Positions 42,092 through 51,311 of a stretch of 64,000 nucleotides of DNA are shown here, one piece after another. The stretch is from an uncultured Pseudomonadota bacterium (GTDB lineage Bacteria > Pseudomonadota > Alphaproteobacteria > RF32 > CAG-239). Position 1 is the first letter of the stretch. Each line of letters starts with the position of its first letter. The stretch covers positions 3,184 to 67,183 of the forward strand of contig CACWQS010000007.1 in assembly GCA_902763155.1 (NCBI GenBank), given 5' to 3'. The notes beneath the pieces were generated by a model, which did not search any database, was not told the DNA's origin, and saw nothing but the letters and a program-made list of their open reading frames with translations. Both the position numbers and the translations under genes were made by a program.

Positions 42092-42688
42092 TTACTTTAA
42101 TTTTGCCTTCAAATCGGCAATTAAACCATCTATACCTTTTGGCGATTTTTGAATATATCCGGTATATTCGCTACGCGCCGTTTGCGCCAGACTGACATTT
42201 TCGATAATAATATCGACAACCCGCATTTTGCCATTGGTATCTTTAACACGCCACTTAACCGAAGCAGGTGCTCCTTCCGGCATCGGTACCTGTGTATTTA
42301 CAAAAATCTGATCCGCCGATTTAGAAGTTTCCGTTCCCAAAAATTCAAAATGCTTACCTTTAAATTCATCAAAACGCGCAGACCAAGTCTGAATGTTAAG
42401 CTTACGATATACATCAATAAAATCTTGGCGTTGCGTCGGTGTGGCCGTGCGCCAATAGCGCCCTAACACAAACTTACCGATAAAATCCAAATCCAAATCT
42501 TCATTAAAAAGCTTGGTAAAACGTGCTTTTTTCTCAGTTTCAGAAACATTGGAATTTATCAGTTGTTCAATGCCTTCCTGTGTCAAATTCTTCACAAAAT
42601 TTTTGGCTTTTGTTGCATCAACCGCCGCTTCTGCTGTTGCATTCCATGCCAACAACCCCGAAAACAAAATCGCCCAAAATTTTTTCAT
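42092..42688 (-). CDS. mlaC: Phospholipid-binding protein MlaC/Ttg2D
   Basis: Signal peptide, FVLGRYWR, VKWRV, DIIIENVSL; adjacent to mlaA. Confidence 0.88.
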   Translation of the reverse strand: MKKFWAILFSGLLAWNATAEAAVDATKAKNFVKNLTQEGIEQLINSNVSETEKKARFTKLFNEDLDLDFIGKFVLGRYWRTATPTQRQDFIDVYRKLNIQTWSARFDEFKGKHFEFLGTETSKSADQIFVNTQVPMPEGAPASVKWRVKDTNGKMRVVDIIIENVSLAQTARSEYTGYIQKSPKGIDGLIADLKAKLK

Positions 42689-42704
42689 CTCTATCCCTTT
42701 CTTG

Positions 42705-43472
42705 CTAATAATCTTCGTCATCATCAAAATCAAAATCATAGCTCGCCGGTGCATCTGCAGCATCTTTATCGGCGCATACATTAAGTTTCAGTCGATTTTG
42801 AATAAATGCCGATTTAATCGTGCCATAAACATCAACCGAACTTGAAGTTAAGTCATCCAAAAATTCCAGATTTTCTTCGCGTAAACTCACAAATCCAAGA
42901 GCCGTTAGGCCGTAATAAAAGCTATACCGCTCCCAATCTTCGCTAAAGGTTGCATAATATTTACCCCAATAAATCGGATCTGCTAGCGCATCACCCACCA
43001 TACCAACCGTATTACGTGGAGTTGATGGGCCGAAAAACGGCAACACAATGAACGGACCGTCAGGAACGCACCATTTAGCTAACGTTTCATCTAAACCTGT
43101 TCTGCTTTTCTTTAGTCCCCAACCGTTTGCAACATCAAAGGTACCCAATAATCCTAGCGTGCTATTCACGGCAAAACGTCCGACCGAATTTCCGCTTTCA
43201 GCTAAATTTCCTTGTAGGGTATGGTTAATTGCCGATGCCGGCTCGCGCAAATTAGAAAAGAAATTACGCACCCGCTCACGAATAAACGGCGTCGTAACAG
43301 CTCGATACCCCTTTGCTAAAGGCTTCATAATATAATCATCAAGCGTAGTATTTATATCATACATGGTGCGATTATAGCTCTCTAATGCCGAATCATTATC
43401 ATCAGCCCGAGCCGTTCCGCCCCAAAACATACTAACGGCAATCAGAAAACATATTACATTTATTTTTTTCAT
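42705..43472 (-). CDS. mlaA: MlaA/VacJ family protein
   Basis: ESYNR...N, NFFSNLREP, RFAVNSTLGLLG, GPFIVLPFFGPST. Confidence 0.92.
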   Translation of the reverse strand: MKKINVICFLIAVSMFWGGTARADDNDSALESYNRTMYDINTTLDDYIMKPLAKGYRAVTTPFIRERVRNFFSNLREPASAINHTLQGNLAESGNSVGRFAVNSTLGLLGTFDVANGWGLKKSRTGLDETLAKWCVPDGPFIVLPFFGPSTPRNTVGMVGDALADPIYWGKYYATFSEDWERYSFYYGLTALGFVSLREENLEFLDDLTSSSVDVYGTIKSAFIQNRLKLNVCADKDAADAPASYDFDFDDDEDY

Positions 43473-43548
43473 CTTCATCTCTTTCAATTGCCCTATAATA
43501 TATAGCCAAATCTTTTATAAATCAATCGAAAAAATGCTTTTTTGCCAA

Positions 43549-43583
43549 CAAAAAAGCAGGGATTTTTACTTTCCCTGCCTTTT
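43549..43583 (-). terminator. Terminator after the 43602-44771 gene
   Basis: gcaggga/tccctgc stem flanked by A- and T-tracts. Confidence 0.65.
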
Positions 43584-43601
43584 GTGTTCCGATATTTTAC
43601 T

Positions 43602-44771
43602 TCAGAACAAAGTATCATTGGTACGCATACGACTAAACATATCACTCTGGTGGATATTGTCGATGATGCGACGCATAAACTGGTTGATACCGTTTTGTGC
43701 GGTTTGCGCCAGCTTAGGATATTGCCAAGCAATCCACGCTGCACAAGCAGGAGTAACAAGCCCTTTTTCAAGTTCCGGAACAATCTTTTCCATCACCAGA
43801 TTGCGACGCTCATCATCTTTTTGCATAGCCATAATCTCTTTTTCCTTAGGATAGAGATACGGCTCGTCATAGAAGCTGAACAGACCAAAACCATATTGGC
43901 TCAATGTGTTAAGCACATTCTGTCTGGTCTGCGAAATTGTCAACATCGCCTTAACATGAATATCCAAGCTGCTATGCTGAAATTTCTCAACCAGAGCCTC
44001 GTTTTCAATGCAACTCAAAGACAGGAACTGCTTGAGCAAATCGGCCGAACGTCCTTTCCTACGAGAAGCATTATCAATCAGTACCTCTATTGCCACATCA
44101 CGCAGAGAGGGCTTCATCATCGTGCTTTTCAAGATCAGTCTTTCCTGCACATCTTCGCAATTCGGCAGCTCAAACAACAGCTGTTGGGCATCCATCTTAA
44201 TGAAAGCCTTGTTCGGATGAGCCTCCACATAACGGCAGGCCATGGCATGCAATTCCTGACCTATACCGTTTTGCACGGAGTTTTGCGAAAGAATGCCGAT
44301 AAATCTGCGCTCAGCTGCCAATGAAAGGGCAAATTTCTGCAAGTAAGCATCTTTTTGCGTTTTACTGCCATCATCCAACAACTTTTCCTCATACTTTGAT
44401 GAGAGTTGCTTGGTCAAATACCCGATTCTGGTTGACGAGAGCTTCAAGATAGCCTTTTGTTCATAGTCTTCCCAGGCAAGAGCACGCTTACCCACACTCT
44501 CAAGATAAAGGATTGTGGTTGCTTTATTTTCCATAACTTTCCCAAATAAGGATTTGTTTGGAACGTAACTACCAAACCAGAATCTTAACACTCGGCTGAG
44601 ATACGATTTTGGGAAAGCCCCCCTTCTGAAGCCGCTCAAATTCCACTTCGGCGTTCTGTCGCAATACAGCTCATAAGAGTTGAACATCTCGACCAGTTTC
44701 TCTACTTGCTCTTGGTTCATCTTTCCAAAGATCACCAGGCACATAAAGTACCAAAATTTAATTGTTCCCAT
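43602..44771 (-). CDS. Hypothetical helical protein
   Basis: 389 aa ORF with its own TTGACA promoter (44838-44843, minus) and terminator; no recognised motif. Confidence 0.75.
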   Translation of the reverse strand: MGTIKFWYFMCLVIFGKMNQEQVEKLVEMFNSYELYCDRTPKWNLSGFRRGAFPKSYLSRVLRFWFGSYVPNKSLFGKVMENKATTILYLESVGKRALAWEDYEQKAILKLSSTRIGYLTKQLSSKYEEKLLDDGSKTQKDAYLQKFALSLAAERRFIGILSQNSVQNGIGQELHAMACRYVEAHPNKAFIKMDAQQLLFELPNCEDVQERLILKSTMMKPSLRDVAIEVLIDNASRRKGRSADLLKQFLSLSCIENEALVEKFQHSSLDIHVKAMLTISQTRQNVLNTLSQYGFGLFSFYDEPYLYPKEKEIMAMQKDDERRNLVMEKIVPELEKGLVTPACAAWIAWQYPKLAQTAQNGINQFMRRIIDNIHQSDMFSRMRTNDTLF

Positions 44772-44938
44772 AATTCTTGATTTTTAAATGTTATTAATAA
44801 TATAAATTTGTCTTTATGATACACGTTCTAAAAAATTTGTCAAGTTTTTTATTAAAAAAATATTCACTCTTGACAAAAATAAAAAATCTGTTACTATAAA
44901 ATCCAATAAAAAGATTATTAACATAAAAACTTACATAT

Positions 44939-45868
44939 ATGGAAAAAATTAACACTATGATGATTTGGCCGGTGCAAAAGCCCTGCCAGATTGCGTATCG
45001 TGACCCGTTAACGGGCGTGTTATGGCTTCGACCATACATAGATTTGCGCCTCAAGAGTAAAATCTGGGGTATATGTATTAACGGTGCTGTGTTTAAGTTG
45101 ACACACGAACCGGACGCTAAATGGGATACCGCTACAAATTATACCGACGAAAAAAGTAAAGCTAAAATGCCGCAAACGACGGATTTAGATGCTGTTTTTC
45201 CCTATGTTGCCGATTTTAATCGTGTGGTTGGCGAGCTGAACAAACATCGCATTTCTGCCGAATCATGGCGCCAAGGCTTTTACTGGAGTGGGGAAAATGA
45301 TGGCGACAATGCTGTAGTTATGGATATGGGAAGCGGTAAGGTTGAACTTCTGCCCAAACGGATTCCCAATGTCTATACCCGTCTGGTCAGTTATCGAATT
45401 ATCAATAAACCGATTAACACCGGTGCCACATTGGCTTATTGGCGTAACGGTCGCATTGAAGTTTCGCTTGATTTACATCTTGATTGCCTGCATCAGCTCT
45501 GGGGAATCCAAACTTGTAATAAGAACATCTTTTGTAAATTGACCGATGAGCCTCAGATGTATGATTGGAATGCCGGTATGCAACTTGCCAAAGAGCAAAG
45601 CACCGATACCGTTAAGCTAATATTACCCAGTGCCGAAAATATGCTTGAGGTTGAAAAATATTACCAGAGCAACAACGACACACTGGCGATTATTGCAGCT
45701 TATGGCATTAAGGTTGATTTGTTCGACAAACGCAAATGGGGGTATCTGACTTCTACCGAATACGGCGAAGGGCATTTTATAACCCACTACCACGAGATGA
45801 TAGCAAAAAACAAACCGTGTAAATGTCGTTTATTTGCTCAGCCACGCAAAAATCCGGTAGTGTTCTGA
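44939..45868 (+). CDS. Hypothetical protein with two tandem DUF1566/CLec-like domains
   Basis: Two homologous halves: AY...WGI...KLTxEP...W...P...YWS/YLTS...K...RL; promoter TTGACA at 44870. Confidence 0.7.
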   Translation: MEKINTMMIWPVQKPCQIAYRDPLTGVLWLRPYIDLRLKSKIWGICINGAVFKLTHEPDAKWDTATNYTDEKSKAKMPQTTDLDAVFPYVADFNRVVGELNKHRISAESWRQGFYWSGENDGDNAVVMDMGSGKVELLPKRIPNVYTRLVSYRIINKPINTGATLAYWRNGRIEVSLDLHLDCLHQLWGIQTCNKNIFCKLTDEPQMYDWNAGMQLAKEQSTDTVKLILPSAENMLEVEKYYQSNNDTLAIIAAYGIKVDLFDKRKWGYLTSTEYGEGHFITHYHEMIAKNKPCKCRLFAQPRKNPVVF

Positions 45869-45880
45869 TTTTTTATAAAG

Positions 45881-45918
45881 AGAGTCTCAAAAAACTTGTT
45901 GTTTTTGGGGCTCTTTTT
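45881..45918 (+). terminator. Terminator after the 44939 gene
   Basis: agagtctcaaaaaac-ttgtt-gtttttggggctct followed by T-tract. Confidence 0.7.
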
Positions 45919-45948
45919 GTTTATATTGCCTTTCATAAGGAGAAAAAG

Positions 45949-47166
45949 ATGCAATTAAGCGCCAAATATCAAGCCGTTTTGGAAATAATGCAAAAAGTGT
46001 GGCAAGACCAATATCCTGCCGACAATATAATCAAAGAGTATTTACGTGCGCGCAAATATATCGGTTCAAAAGACCGTAAGTTTATAGTTAATACCGTTTG
46101 GGATATTATCCGCCATCGCAGTCGGCTTGAATTTGACTGCGGTTGTTGCGAACCGCGAATGTTACTTTTGGCTTATCTGCAACAAAAAGGGGAAGATTTA
46201 GATATAGTTGCCGATGATTCTACTTACGGTCTGAAAAGCCTTGATAAGACCGAAAAACAAGCGTTACAACATCTGCGTGAAGATGTTTATCCGCCGGAGA
46301 TTGAACATGAATGTCCAAAATGGCTGTTTGAAAAAATCAATAATCCCATGTTGGTTGAAACTTTAAATACTACGGCACCGGCAGATATACGTGCCAATTT
46401 CATCAGCCGTGATGAGGCTAAAAATAAGCTGCAAAAAGAAGGCCTATTCTTTTCGCTTTCACCTTATTCACCATACGGATTACGCTCAGCAGAACGTATC
46501 AACTTACAAAACTGCATTGCTTACCAAAACGGTGAAATTGAAGTGCAAGACGAAGCATCGCAACTGGGGGCTATATTATGTGATGTGCGTGCCGAACACC
46601 GCATCATTGATTATTGTTGCGGAGGTGGCGGTAAAAGTCTGCTTTTGGGCGCTATTTTGAATAACAAAGGCACAATTTTGGCGCACGATAAAAATCTTAA
46701 GCGCATGGAAGGATTAGCCGAGCGCGCTAAGCGTTTAGGCATTAAAAACATAAAACAAATTGAAAAATTGCAACCAAACGACAAATTTGAGCGTTTTATC
46801 ATTGATGCACCATGCTCCGGCAGTGGTACATGGCGCCGTTCTCCAGATGCCAAATATCGCTTAACACCGAAGCAACTGAAAGCCATTGAGCAAGCGCAAG
46901 AAGAAATCTTAGATATTGCCGTTAAACATCTGGCACCAACAGGTCGTATTGTTTATATGACATGCTCGGTTTTGCCGGAAGAAAACGAACAACGTATAGA
47001 AGCATTTTTGCAAAAATATCCGCATTTTGAAACGGTTAACATGGAAAAATTGTGGGAACGTAAATTGGAACTTCCTTACCCGCTGACAGAAACCCGTTGG
47101 CTTAAATGTTCACCGCTTTCCACTAACACCGATGGCTTTTTTGTCTGCGTTTTACAACACCGTTAA
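45949..47166 (+). CDS. RsmB/NOP family m5C rRNA methyltransferase
   Basis: EVQDEASQL, DYCCGGGGKS, DAPCSGSGTWRR, VYMTCSVLPEEN; ATG 45949 follows AAGGAG. Confidence 0.92.
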   Translation: MQLSAKYQAVLEIMQKVWQDQYPADNIIKEYLRARKYIGSKDRKFIVNTVWDIIRHRSRLEFDCGCCEPRMLLLAYLQQKGEDLDIVADDSTYGLKSLDKTEKQALQHLREDVYPPEIEHECPKWLFEKINNPMLVETLNTTAPADIRANFISRDEAKNKLQKEGLFFSLSPYSPYGLRSAERINLQNCIAYQNGEIEVQDEASQLGAILCDVRAEHRIIDYCCGGGGKSLLLGAILNNKGTILAHDKNLKRMEGLAERAKRLGIKNIKQIEKLQPNDKFERFIIDAPCSGSGTWRRSPDAKYRLTPKQLKAIEQAQEEILDIAVKHLAPTGRIVYMTCSVLPEENEQRIEAFLQKYPHFETVNMEKLWERKLELPYPLTETRWLKCSPLSTNTDGFFVCVLQHR

Positions 47167-47873
47167 TTTTTTTGCAGTAAATCTCTGATTACTTCTCCGG
47201 CGATTAATAACCCCATTACTGACGGAACGAAAGATATACTCCCCGGAGTTTGTCTTTTTCCGTTATTCGCTTCACACATTTGCGGCTTTAGTGCCGGTTC
47301 GGTTGAATAAGCCACCTTTACATGACTAATTCCGCGTTGCCGCAATTCTTTACGCATTACCTTGGCCAACGGACAAGTATGGGTTTTACTAATATCGGTA
47401 ATTTCGAGTTTGCTTGCATCCAGTTTATTACCGGCTCCCATGGCACTGATAATCGAAACTCCGGCCTCGACGGCCTGCTCTATAAGTGAAATTTTACCGG
47501 CAACTGTATCAATGGCATCTATCACATAATCGTATTCTTTAAAATTAAATTGTTCTTTATTTTCATGAAGATAAAATATTTTGTTAATTTTTAACTTTAT
47601 ATTAGGATTAATGTCTTTGATCCGCTTTGCCGCTATCTCAACCTTGGGTTGACCGATAGTGGAATGCAAAGCAATAATCTGCCGATTGATATTGCTTATA
47701 TCAACCATATCATCATCAACTAAATCCAATGCTCCGATCCCTGCCCGCGCCAACGCTTCAACCGCATATCCGCCGACTCCGCCGATACCGAAAACCGCCA
47801 CACGGGCTTTTTGCAATTTTTCCAATCCTTCTGAGCCAATCAGCATCTCAGTGCGTGAAAATTGCTTATTCAT
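47163..47873 (-). CDS. tcdA: tRNA threonylcarbamoyladenosine dehydratase (ThiF family)
   Basis: GIGGVGGYAVEALARAGIG, SNINRQ, DAIDTV, SAMGAGNKLD, CPLAKVMRKEL. Confidence 0.9.
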   Translation of the reverse strand: MNKQFSRTEMLIGSEGLEKLQKARVAVFGIGGVGGYAVEALARAGIGALDLVDDDMVDISNINRQIIALHSTIGQPKVEIAAKRIKDINPNIKLKINKIFYLHENKEQFNFKEYDYVIDAIDTVAGKISLIEQAVEAGVSIISAMGAGNKLDASKLEITDISKTHTCPLAKVMRKELRQRGISHVKVAYSTEPALKPQMCEANNGKRQTPGSISFVPSVMGLLIAGEVIRDLLQKN

Positions 47874-47889
47874 ACTATCTTACTCCTTT

Positions 47890-48774
47890 CTAACGTTCCA
47901 ATAGAACCAAAGCAACAGCGCAAATAAGCAATAATATTGCTTTTTTGCGCTCTATTATCCGAAATTTTGTGCCTTTGCCGTATTTTTCCAATATTTTTCC
48001 AATAAGCATAATCCAAATTATGTATAAATACAAGGTTGCGGTTACAAATGCCGGATTACTGACTTGAAACATGGCAAAATTTTTGCTGGCCATTGAACCG
48101 ACAAGTAAGGCAATAAGAGGCATATATTTAAGATTTTTTATAACACATAAATCCTTTATTTTATTATTATTTTTCATATAGATAAGCAAATTTATCACCG
48201 CTACCACCACTCCGGTGATTAGAATATAATAATAACTGGCATACGGCACAAGTTCGGCTGAAACATAGCTCATACATTGTTTGTTGATAATATCACATAA
48301 TGCCGCTACAAAAAAATATGGTAACAGATACTGAATCAGCTTTTTACTGCGATGTGAAGATTTAATTGAGGCTGTAGCATAAATAATCCCGCAAAATGCG
48401 ACAATTATCGCAAAAAATCGCCATAATTCATCAACATAGAGCATTATATTATAGGGCTTTAAAATAAGCCACATCACAAAAACAACACCAATCCCCAACG
48501 GATACAATGAAGAAACAGCCTCTGCTCCCCATACGTGCATAGCTCTGAAATTGCGATAATCAATATAAGCAATCACCAATCCTTGTAGCACACAGAAAGC
48601 ATAAAACTGCCACGATGGAATCATGGTTATAAAAGGCAAAAACGGTAATAGAAGCAAAACCGGAGCAAATCCCCTGTAAAACATAAAAACATTCGGGGTT
48701 AATTTTGCTATTTGATTACCGAAATAATAAGCGCAAACGAAAAAGCTGGAAATTATAACATAGATAAACCACAT
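47890..48774 (-). CDS. DMT/EamA-like 10-TM membrane protein
   Basis: About 10 hydrophobic segments arranged as two 5-TM halves. Confidence 0.6.
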   Translation of the reverse strand: MWFIYVIISSFFVCAYYFGNQIAKLTPNVFMFYRGFAPVLLLLPFLPFITMIPSWQFYAFCVLQGLVIAYIDYRNFRAMHVWGAEAVSSLYPLGIGVVFVMWLILKPYNIMLYVDELWRFFAIIVAFCGIIYATASIKSSHRSKKLIQYLLPYFFVAALCDIINKQCMSYVSAELVPYASYYYILITGVVVAVINLLIYMKNNNKIKDLCVIKNLKYMPLIALLVGSMASKNFAMFQVSNPAFVTATLYLYIIWIMLIGKILEKYGKGTKFRIIERKKAILLLICAVALVLLER

Positions 48775-48777
48775 ATT

Positions 48778-49623
48778 CTAACCCTCATACCACCCTTTTC
48801 CCTCACATTGCGGCTTAACAATTCCGTTAGCATTTCCTTGCAATTTTTCAATACGATAAGCGCGTACACACTCCCATTTCGTAATCGGATATTTTTTATT
48901 CCACGCGTTCAAAACACCACGCATCGGCTCGCCGATACGATAACGCGGATAAGTGCTTTGCATATATAAATAAGTTCGAGCAATCAACCCCTTCATATTG
49001 TCAGGCGGTTCAACCTTATTGCGCGAGATTTTCATTTGGCAAGTACCGAAAGTTACCGGTATGCCCGTATCAAACTGTGTCATATTGAAATGAGCGCGCA
49101 AAAAATTCACCGCCCCAATGCTCGGATAAAGGTTATACATATCGGTGTACATATAGCGAAATTCTTCGCTTTGCTGCTCGGCACATTTACGCCCTTTATA
49201 CCTTTTTCCCCCATCGAAAGTACAGTTCTTATGCCCGTTTGACCATTCGGTGAACGTTTTACCGAAGTTTTGTGCCGGCACGATGTGTTCCCACTCCATA
49301 CGCTCGGCTTTACGTTGTAACTCCTCTGCCGAAACATTGTCATAGAGCGTAAAATCAACCTTGCGCAGATTGGGAAGTTTAAACCCTTTCGGTAATTTAA
49401 TCTTTTTGCGAGAGTTCCAAGTAACACCACAATACAAAGTTTGTTTATGGTCAAAATATATATTATCCAGCATTTCTTTTTTGACGGCATAAAAAGACTG
49501 ACTATGGCGATTTCCCTGTACTGTTGTTTTCGGTGCGACATTATCGTCAAACGGTCGCCAACCGAATGCTGCAATTATTACTGTTATTAAGCAAATTACC
49601 GAAATAAAAAATAACTTTTTCAT
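48778..49623 (-). CDS. endA: Secreted endonuclease I (EndA/Vvn/Dns family)
   Basis: Signal peptide, TLYCG, MEWEHIVPA, DMYNLYPSIGAVN, GLIARTYLYM. Confidence 0.9.
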   Translation of the reverse strand: MKKLFFISVICLITVIIAAFGWRPFDDNVAPKTTVQGNRHSQSFYAVKKEMLDNIYFDHKQTLYCGVTWNSRKKIKLPKGFKLPNLRKVDFTLYDNVSAEELQRKAERMEWEHIVPAQNFGKTFTEWSNGHKNCTFDGGKRYKGRKCAEQQSEEFRYMYTDMYNLYPSIGAVNFLRAHFNMTQFDTGIPVTFGTCQMKISRNKVEPPDNMKGLIARTYLYMQSTYPRYRIGEPMRGVLNAWNKKYPITKWECVRAYRIEKLQGNANGIVKPQCEGKGWYEG

Positions 49624-49689
49624 CTGTTTTATATCCTGTTTTTTTATAAATTTATCGTAAAACAAAAAAGAGAATTGTCAATAAAATAT

Positions 49690-49720
49690 AAAAAAAATAA
49701 CCGCTCGTCTTGTGAGCGGT
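49690..49720 (-). terminator. Terminator of the OMP-lipoprotein operon
   Basis: Minus strand accgctc-acaagac-gagcggt followed by tattttttt. Confidence 0.75.
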
Positions 49721-49750
49721 ATTAAATGATTAAATTATTTACTAACTAAA

Positions 49751-50176
49751 TTATTTTTGATTATCAATTGGTGTCATATTCATTAGAGCATCGTCTTGTT
49801 CTAAATAATACATATCACCGCTTATCGGGTCAATAATCAGCAAACCGATAAGACCGCCAAAAATAATATTTGCCCAATACCAACCGCTTATATGATAATC
49901 AATACGTGTTTGATAATCTTCATAGCCGTCCTTATGCGCATAAACTGTATAGTATTGAGGGTTAAAGTAACCATCATCAGAAGTTTTTAGGTTAATGGTT
50001 GTCGGAGTCTGTCCTTCAAAAACAGTAAGACCGTTTCTATCTATAATTTTAATATCTACATTAGCAGGACTTGCATTTAGTGTTATCGGCTCCATATTAT
50101 CACGCATAATGGTTGCGCAACCGAAAATCATTGGTAAAATGCCTATAACAGCACATAACATAAATATCTTTTTCAT
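49751..50176 (-). CDS. Lipoprotein with PEGA-like domain and C-terminal hydrophobic hairpin
   Basis: Lipobox IFGC-ATI, GQTPTTINL, KDGYE, WANIIFGGLIGLLIIDPISGDMY. Confidence 0.8.
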   Translation of the reverse strand: MKKIFMLCAVIGILPMIFGCATIMRDNMEPITLNASPANVDIKIIDRNGLTVFEGQTPTTINLKTSDDGYFNPQYYTVYAHKDGYEDYQTRIDYHISGWYWANIIFGGLIGLLIIDPISGDMYYLEQDDALMNMTPIDNQK

Positions 50177-50180
50177 CTTA

Positions 50181-50597
50181 CTAGTCCTTTTGAATAAGTT
50201 TACATTCTTTGATTTCTGATAAAGCGCGACTTTGGTCAGAAACCAACTTAATATTATAACGTCCAGAAATAGCCCCCCAATTTACACCGGAAGAAACATA
50301 ATATTCTTTTCCTGCTTGTGCATCTACAGTAATAGATTCTGTATTTTCTATACTTTCAACAGTGTAAGTATGTTTTCCGGCAGATGTGTGGTGCGGATAA
50401 TAGCCGCCATTATACATTGTAATGATTGTGTTACCATTTTCTTGCACGTCTGGAGACATTCCGCCACCAACATATTTCCACGGGCGGTAAAAATACACGA
50501 TTGCTTCCTCTGAATTTGGTTGTTGCGGAGAGAATTGTTCCCCTAAACTGGCACACGAACAAAGTGCAAATACACATAAAATCAGATATTTTTTCAT
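50181..50597 (-). CDS. DUF2846-like lipoprotein
   Basis: MKKYLILCVFALCSC-AS lipobox; AIVYFYRP, NGGYY...GKHT, AGKEYYV. Confidence 0.8.
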   Translation of the reverse strand: MKKYLILCVFALCSCASLGEQFSPQQPNSEEAIVYFYRPWKYVGGGMSPDVQENGNTIITMYNGGYYPHHTSAGKHTYTVESIENTESITVDAQAGKEYYVSSGVNWGAISGRYNIKLVSDQSRALSEIKECKLIQKD

Positions 50598-50685
50598 CTC
50601 ACTAATCCTTTTTTTTCTTTTCCTTTTTAAAAGGCTCAATAACTTGGTATTGAGCCCCAAGTCAAAAGGAATATCGTTATAAAAA

Positions 50686-51258
50686 TTAGAAATTATAGCG
50701 AACGCCAACTGTTGCTTCGCCAATGTAATCAATATAGTCATTATCTATATGATGATAACGGAACATTCCGCGAATTGACCACTTGTCATTGATGTTATAT
50801 TGTGTGCCTAAACCAGCACGAAAAGCAGTTTTATTAAGAATTTCATGTACTTCCCATTTATCATATTTTCCAGCTTTTATATCAAAGCTATAATGACCTA
50901 CACCGGCAATAGCAAATAAATCGAGTTTTGTATTGAGGGGAATATAACCAACAGCATCAAGACCAACGGAACTATATGACAAATCGCCTATTTTATAACC
51001 ATGTGCTTTTAAATCTACTTCCGAAGATCCTTGTGAAGAAACTTCTAAACCAAAATATTGATTAAATTTTACGCCTAAATTTAAATTGGCAATAAGAAAC
51101 GCTTCTGAATGGCTCTCTCCCAGTAATTTATTTACCTTATTATTATATTCAATTCGTGATGCACCTAAATCCATTCCAATATAAGGTTTAATTCCCTCTG
51201 CATTTGCTTGAGCTGTAAATAAGCAGGCTACACCTGTAAGTAATAGATATTTTTTCAT
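50686..51258 (-). CDS. Outer membrane beta-barrel protein (OmpA-TM/Ail-Lom-like, 8-stranded)
   Basis: Signal peptide ANA-E, PYIGMDLG, GVKFNQYFGLE, GLGTQYNINDKWSIR, C-terminal VGVRYNF. Confidence 0.88.
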   Translation of the reverse strand: MKKYLLLTGVACLFTAQANAEGIKPYIGMDLGASRIEYNNKVNKLLGESHSEAFLIANLNLGVKFNQYFGLEVSSQGSSEVDLKAHGYKIGDLSYSSVGLDAVGYIPLNTKLDLFAIAGVGHYSFDIKAGKYDKWEVHEILNKTAFRAGLGTQYNINDKWSIRGMFRYHHIDNDYIDYIGEATVGVRYNF

Positions 51259-51283
51259 TTGTTTTCCATCCTTTTAAAAGTTC

Positions 51284-51311
51284 AAAAAAATACCCGCTTT
51301 TCTTTAGCGGG
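51284..51311 (-). terminator. Conditional intrinsic terminator (attenuator) at the end of leader B
   Basis: CCCGCT-AAAGAAA-AGCGGG-TATTTTTTT, ending 25 nt upstream of the OMP start codon. Confidence 0.7.

Noticed and set aside
43542-44324. 260-aa plus-strand ORF antisense to 43602-44771
   Set aside because: It begins within a terminator, has no RBS and has a shadow-like composition; the minus ORF has the promoter and terminator.
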